NCBI GenBank assembly: GCA_044361935.1
Contig: JBIKHW010000001.1
Location: 1-52,464 of the forward strand
Source of the DNA: Limnohabitans sp.
Lineage (GTDB): Bacteria > Pseudomonadota > Gammaproteobacteria > Burkholderiales > Burkholderiaceae_C
DNA: 52,464 nt
Direction of reading: 5' to 3'
Shown here: piece after piece, positions 47,406 to 52,464 of the stretch
Layout: each line of letters opens with the position of its first letter
How positions within the stretch are numbered: the stretch's first letter is position 1
Notes under the pieces: generated by a model
The model's database searches: none
Seen by the model: the letters and a program-made list of their open reading frames with translations, nothing else
What the model was told of the DNA's origin: nothing
Translations under genes and position numbers: made by a program

Positions 47406-48394
47406 TGCACACCCAACAACGCCAGCGCGGCGCGGCCTTGCTCACCGCCATGCTCACGGTGTCCCTGGTGGCCACGCTGGCCAGCGCCGCGCTGTGGCAG
47501 CAATGGCGGCAAGTCGAAATCGAGATCGCCGAGCGCGGGCGCAGCCAGACCGCCTGGATGATGACGGGGGCACTCGACTGGACGAGGCTGATCCTGCGCG
47601 AAGACGCGATTTCTGCGCAAGGTGCCGCCGCCGATCATTTGAGTGAACCTTGGGCCTTGCCAGTGCAGGAATCCAAACTGTCGACATTTCTGTCACAAGA
47701 CCAGCAGTGGCGCGAGGGCGATGCCGAGGTCTTTTTGTCAGGCCAGATCACCGACGCCCAATCGCGCATGAACGTGATGAACCTGCTCCAGGACGGACAA
47801 ATTTCTGCCCCCGCGCTGGCCCGCTTTGCCGCCTTGTTCCAGCGCCTGGGCCTGCCACTGGCCGAGCTACAAACCCTGGCCCAGCAGCTCCAGGCCAGCT
47901 TGCAGGCCAGCAAGGCCAACCAAGCCAGTACAAATCCGGGCACCAACAGCCCGAGCGCAGCCCCCTTGCTGCCCCAACAAACCGCGCAACTGGTCTGGCT
48001 GGGCCTGAGCCCCGGCACGCTGACCGCCTTGCAGGCGCACATCACCTTGCTGCCCGAGGCAACCCCCGTGAACCTGAACACCGCCTCCCCCGAAGTGCTC
48101 TCGGCCGTGTTGCCCGGGCTGGACCTGGCCTCAGCACGGCAAGCCGTGACCCAGCGCCAGCGCGGTCACTGGGCCAGCCTGAGCGCCGCGCAAGAAGCCC
48201 TGGGGCCAAGCGGTCGATTGTTGGACGACAAACAACACAGCGTGCAAAGCCGTTACTTTGAAGTGCAGGGGCGCATGCGCATCGACAACGTGGTGCAGCA
48301 AGAGACCGCGCTGGTGCAGCGCGAAGGCGGCCAGGTGCGCATGCTCTGGCGCGTGCGCAGCCCCCAATTGCGACTTGATGCCCCTCTACAATGA
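47405..48394 (+). CDS. gspK: type II secretion minor pseudopilin K
   Basis: QRGAALLTAML, DHLSEPWA, VNLNTASPEVL, SRYFEV. Confidence 0.9.
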   Translation: MHTQQRQRGAALLTAMLTVSLVATLASAALWQQWRQVEIEIAERGRSQTAWMMTGALDWTRLILREDAISAQGAAADHLSEPWALPVQESKLSTFLSQDQQWREGDAEVFLSGQITDAQSRMNVMNLLQDGQISAPALARFAALFQRLGLPLAELQTLAQQLQASLQASKANQASTNPGTNSPSAAPLLPQQTAQLVWLGLSPGTLTALQAHITLLPEATPVNLNTASPEVLSAVLPGLDLASARQAVTQRQRGHWASLSAAQEALGPSGRLLDDKQHSVQSRYFEVQGRMRIDNVVQQETALVQREGGQVRMLWRVRSPQLRLDAPLQ

Positions 48395-48401
48395 TCTGCA
48401 C

Positions 48402-49661
48402 ATGCGCACCCTGATCATCCAACTGCCGTCGGGCCCACCCAGCCCCACCCTCGCCTACCCCCATGCCCGGGTCGATGCCGAGCCCGGCACGCGCCCGCTC
48501 AAACTGCAATGGGCGGCAGCCGCTTTGTTGCCCGCCGCCGATCGTCAAACCGAAACTGTGGCCCTGGTGCCCGCTGCGGTCTTGTCGTGGCACCGCGTCG
48601 ATCTCCCCGCAGGTCTGCACAAACAAGCCCAGCGCGTGCAAGCAGCCCTGCAAGGCTTGCTGGAAGACCGTCTGCTGGACGACCCCGAGCAAGTGCACCT
48701 GGCCTTGCAAACCAACTGGGCCAACACCCCCCGCCCCTGGGTGGCTGCGTGCGACCGAGCCTGGCTGAGCGCCCACCTGCAAGCCCTCGAACAAGCGGGT
48801 TTGCCTGTGCACCGCATCGTGCCCGAACTCTCGCCAGGCACGACCGCCAGCCCGGTGCAGCTCACGGCCCTGGGCGATGCCGACACCGGCTGGTTGTGGG
48901 TCAGCCACCCCGAACGCGGCGTCTGGGGCCAGCCTTGGGCAGCCCTGCGCCCAACCGGATTGGCGGCCCATGAACGACTGGGGCTGTCCGAGCCCGAGCG
49001 GGCCTCGGCCGCGCTGCAGGCCGAACCCGGCGCTGTGGCCTTGGCCACGGAACTACTGGGCGCAGGCGTGCGGCTCATGCCCCCGGCCCAGCACTGGCTG
49101 GCCGCCGTGGCGGGTGATTGGGACCTGGCCCAATTTGAGCTGCGCGCCAACGCCCGCAGCCGCCAACTGAAAAACTGGCAACGCAACGCCAGCAGCCTGT
49201 GGCACAGCCCCGCTTGGCGGCCCGCACGCTGGGGCTTGTGGCTCTTGCTCGCCGCGCAATTGGTGGGCCTGAACGCCTGGGCTTGGAAAACCCGCGCCGA
49301 CTGGCAAGCCCAGCAAAGCAGCTGGGCCCAGGTTCTGCGGGAGACCTTCCCAAAAACCAGCTTGGTGGTCGATGCGCCTCTGCAAATGGGCCAACAGGTC
49401 GAGCGCCTGCGCCAAGGCTCGGGCCAGCTCGTCGCGGGCGACCTCGAAGCCATGCTGGCCGCGCTGGGCCAAGCCCTGCCGCCCGGGCTGGCCGCGCCGC
49501 GCCAATGGGCTTACCAAGCGGGCCAGATGCGCCTGCAAGACTTTCAGCCCGATGCCGCCCAGCAGCAAGCCTTGACACAAAGCCTGAGCACCTTGGGCTA
49601 TGCCTGGCGCGCCCAAGGCGACGGCTGGTTGATGACCGCCCAAACAGAGGCCAAGCCATGA
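48402..49661 (+). CDS. gspL: type II secretion protein L
   Basis: LSWHRVDLP, LEDRLLDDP, TM segment, TFP...VVDAPLQM. Confidence 0.88.
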   Translation: MRTLIIQLPSGPPSPTLAYPHARVDAEPGTRPLKLQWAAAALLPAADRQTETVALVPAAVLSWHRVDLPAGLHKQAQRVQAALQGLLEDRLLDDPEQVHLALQTNWANTPRPWVAACDRAWLSAHLQALEQAGLPVHRIVPELSPGTTASPVQLTALGDADTGWLWVSHPERGVWGQPWAALRPTGLAAHERLGLSEPERASAALQAEPGAVALATELLGAGVRLMPPAQHWLAAVAGDWDLAQFELRANARSRQLKNWQRNASSLWHSPAWRPARWGLWLLLAAQLVGLNAWAWKTRADWQAQQSSWAQVLRETFPKTSLVVDAPLQMGQQVERLRQGSGQLVAGDLEAMLAALGQALPPGLAAPRQWAYQAGQMRLQDFQPDAAQQQALTQSLSTLGYAWRAQGDGWLMTAQTEAKP

Positions 49662-50173
49662 GCCCAAACACCCTGACCGCTCAAATGCGCAGCGGCTGGC
49701 AAGCTGCCTGGGCCCGGCGCAGCCCGCGTGAACAACAATTGCTCAGCATGGGCGTCTGGGTGCTCGGCCTGGCCGCGCTGTGGATGCTGGCCCTGGCCCC
49801 GGCGCTGCGCACTTGGCAAGAGGCCCCGGCTCGCCAGGCCCTGCTCGACGCCCAAAGCCAGCGCATGCGCCAGCTGCAGGCGCAAGCCCAGAGCCTGCAA
49901 AAGCCTGTGACCCTCTCCCGCGCCGATGCCGCCAAGTGGCTGGAGAAAAGCCTGACGGAACTGGGACCCAATGCGCGCATCAGCCTGCAGGGTGAAACCG
50001 CCACCCTGAGCCTGCAAGCCGCCCCGGCAGCCGCATTGGCCCGCTGGCTGAGCCAAGCGCGTGACAACGCCCAAGCCTTGCCCACACAAGCCCAGCTGCA
50101 GCACGCCAGCCCCCCCGGCCCAAACAACTTGGATGTCACCTGGCGCGGCAGCCTGGTGCTGCGCCTGCCATGA
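49658..50173 (+). CDS. gspM: type II secretion protein M
   Basis: WARRSPREQ plus TM, LARWLSQAR; position in the operon. Confidence 0.85.
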   Translation: MSPNTLTAQMRSGWQAAWARRSPREQQLLSMGVWVLGLAALWMLALAPALRTWQEAPARQALLDAQSQRMRQLQAQAQSLQKPVTLSRADAAKWLEKSLTELGPNARISLQGETATLSLQAAPAAALARWLSQARDNAQALPTQAQLQHASPPGPNNLDVTWRGSLVLRLP

Positions 50174-51009
50174 CATCCACCCAGACCATGAAAGCCCTGC
50201 GCCGCACCAGCGCCCCCTCGGCCAGTCCGGTGCGTGCGCCTTGGTCGCTTGCATGGCTCGGCGCGCTCTTGGGTCTGGGCCTAGCGCTGTTGGTTTGGGC
50301 CCCTGCACGCTGGCTGGCTTGGGGCGTGGCACAGGCCAGCCAAGGCCAAGTGCAATGGCTCAACCCCCGGGGCACGGTGTGGCAAGGTTCGGCCCAGCTG
50401 CTGCTCAGCGGCGGCCCGGGCAGCCGCCAGCCGCAGGCCCTGCCCGGTCGGCTGCACTGGACCCTGTCACCGGCTTGGGCCGGTCTGCGGCTGGGCTGGC
50501 GGGCCGACTGCTGCATGACCCAAGCCGCCAGCGTACAAGCCGCTCTGGGTTGGAACACCCTGCAGCTGCAAGCCAGCGACCACCAGTCGAACTGGCCGGC
50601 CGCGCTGCTCAGCGGCCTGGGTGCGCCCTGGAACACGCTGCAGGCCGAAGGCCAGTTGCAGCTGCGCACCGAAGCACTGCAACTGCAATGGGCGCAAGGC
50701 CGTCTGCAAATGCAGGGCCTGCTGGAGCTGAGCCTGCAAGACATGTCTTCGCGTCTGAGCCCCGTCAAGCCCATGGGCAGCTACCGCGTCGCCCTGACCG
50801 GCACCCCCGAAGGCACGCCCACCCCAGGCTTGGACCTGAGCACGCTGCAAGGCCCTTTGCTGCTGTCGGGCCAGGGCCAATGGGTGGGCCAGCGGCTGCG
50901 CTTTACCGGAGAGGCCCGTGCGACCGAAGGCCATGAGGCCGCATTCGATAATTTGCTCAACATCCTGGGCCGCCGCCAAGGCGCGCGCAGCTTGCTGTCT
51001 TTGGGATAA
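50170..51009 (+). CDS. gspN: type II secretion protein N
   Basis: APARWL, GTVWQGSA, GAPWNTL, NLLNILGRRQG. Confidence 0.85.
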   Translation: MTSTQTMKALRRTSAPSASPVRAPWSLAWLGALLGLGLALLVWAPARWLAWGVAQASQGQVQWLNPRGTVWQGSAQLLLSGGPGSRQPQALPGRLHWTLSPAWAGLRLGWRADCCMTQAASVQAALGWNTLQLQASDHQSNWPAALLSGLGAPWNTLQAEGQLQLRTEALQLQWAQGRLQMQGLLELSLQDMSSRLSPVKPMGSYRVALTGTPEGTPTPGLDLSTLQGPLLLSGQGQWVGQRLRFTGEARATEGHEAAFDNLLNILGRRQGARSLLSLG

Positions 51010-51099
51010 ACCCGGTTTAACCTCAGCCCTCATGATCAGCCCCCACCTTCAACCCCTGCTGCATCCACCCTGCACCCCCTGTTTCAAGACCTGAACACC

Positions 51100-52464
51100 A
51101 TGAACGACTTTGCTCACATGCGCCCCTTGAACCATGCCCGCTTGCCCCGCAGCGCTTTGGCCGTGGCCTGCCTCGCGGCCCTGGGCTGGCTCGCGCCCGG
51201 GGTGCATGCCCAAAACGCGGACAAGCCCGCCGCCGACCCAGTGGTCAATCCGATCGCGAACCCGCCCGCCCTCAAGGCACCGCGCCGGGAACCCGTCACG
51301 CTCAATTTTGTGAACGCCGAGATCGAGGCTGTGGCCCGCACCCTGGCCACCTTGTCGGGTGCGAACGTGGTGGTTGACCCGCGTGTCAAAGGCACGATGT
51401 CCTTGTCAAGTACCGTGCCCGTGCCCCCGGCGCAGGCCCTGCGATTGTTTTCAGCGCAACTGCGCACCCAGGGCTTTGCGCTGGTGGAGTCGGCCGGGCT
51501 TTACACCGTTGTGCCCGAGGCCGAAGCCAAACTGCAAAGCAGCGCCGTGTCGGCCGGGGCCGTGCCCGCCGGGACCGGGCAAATCGTGACGCAAATCTTC
51601 AAGCTGAACCACGAAAACGTGAACAACTTGGTGCCGGTGCTGCGCCCCCTGATCAGCCCCAACAACACCATCAACGTCAACCCCGGCACCAATGCGCTGG
51701 TCATCACCGACTACAGCGACAATCTGCAGCGCTTGGGCCGCATCATCGCGGCGCTCGATGTGGCCAACGCCACAGGCGTTGAGGTGCTGCGCCTGCGCCA
51801 CGCCATCGCGGGCGACCTGGCCCCCATGGTGCAGCGTCTGATCGAATCGGGCGCTGCCGCTGCCCCAGCTGCCCAAGGCCAATCAGACAACTCGTTCAAG
51901 ACCACCGTCATCCCCGAGGTGCGCACCAACTCGCTCATCGTGCGGGCGGCCAACCCGGCGCGTCTGGCGCTGGTACGCAGTTTGGTCGACCAACTCGACC
52001 AGCCCAGCGCCAGCGGCGCGGGCGCGGCCAGCGGCAACATCCATGTGGTCTACCTAAAGAACGCCGAAGCCACCAAACTGGCCACCACCTTGCGCGCCGC
52101 CATCGCGGGCGAGACACGCAGCGGTGTGGCCGCCATCAGTGCAACGCCTGGCAACCCGGCTGCAGCGGGTGCGGGTACCACAACCGGGAGCGTCAGCCCC
52201 TCGTCCCAACCGTCCACCGGCGGCCAAATTCAGGCCGACCCGGCCACCAACGCGCTCATCATCACCGCGCCCGAGCCGCAATACCGCCAGCTGCGCAGCG
52301 TGATCGACATGCTCGACCAGCGCCGCGCCCAGGTGTTTGTGGAGAGCCTGATCGCCGAGGTCAGCGCCGACAAGGCCGCCGAGTTTGGTGTGCAGTGGAT
52401 GAGCGGCACCGGCACCAACGGAAGCCTTGTGGGATTGTTGGGCACCAATTTTGCAGTGGGCGGT
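51100..52464 (+). CDS. gspD: type II secretion secretin D (partial, runs off the window)
   Basis: VTLNFVNAEIEAVAR, VDPRVKG, LRPLISPNN, ADPATNALII, LDQRRAQVFVESLIAEV. Confidence 0.92.
   Translation, partial: MNDFAHMRPLNHARLPRSALAVACLAALGWLAPGVHAQNADKPAADPVVNPIANPPALKAPRREPVTLNFVNAEIEAVARTLATLSGANVVVDPRVKGTMSLSSTVPVPPAQALRLFSAQLRTQGFALVESAGLYTVVPEAEAKLQSSAVSAGAVPAGTGQIVTQIFKLNHENVNNLVPVLRPLISPNNTINVNPGTNALVITDYSDNLQRLGRIIAALDVANATGVEVLRLRHAIAGDLAPMVQRLIESGAAAAPAAQGQSDNSFKTTVIPEVRTNSLIVRAANPARLALVRSLVDQLDQPSASGAGAASGNIHVVYLKNAEATKLATTLRAAIAGETRSGVAAISATPGNPAAAGAGTTTGSVSPSSQPSTGGQIQADPATNALIITAPEPQYRQLRSVIDMLDQRRAQVFVESLIAEVSADKAAEFGVQWMSGTGTNGSLVGLLGTNFAVGG

Overview
Betaproteobacterial chromosome window (Comamonadaceae-like; Limnohabitans-like gene content is my inference). 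Housekeeping blocks: pgi-tal / zwf-hexR, TctDE two-component system with the tctCBA tripartite transporter, several Bug/TctC binding proteins, a Dpp/Opp ABC operon with an M20 amidohydrolase, coq7, an OsmC-family gene, a TonB-dependent receptor, ilvA and a type II secretion cluster (gspC, G-N, partial D). The standout is an apparent recombinase-driven porin-switching locus. There are three porin genes, but only one (36573-37478) has an RBS and the full MKKTLI signal-peptide start. The other two are headless cassettes whose homology starts at the same TGCTCTGGCT core, and each sits head-to-head with a paralogous tyrosine integrase. A 6856-bp element bounded by 47-bp direct repeats inside the porin signal-peptide sequence carries an integrase, a family-A-polymerase-like gene preceded by duplicated hairpin repeats, a small recombinase flanked by its own sites, and the currently attached porin body. 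Also seen: an intact hipBA with a tctA 3' duplication, two decayed toxin-antitoxin loci, a Betaproteobacteria toxic-sRNA-like RNA, and a palindromic REP family that has expanded in-frame inside the GspI leader.
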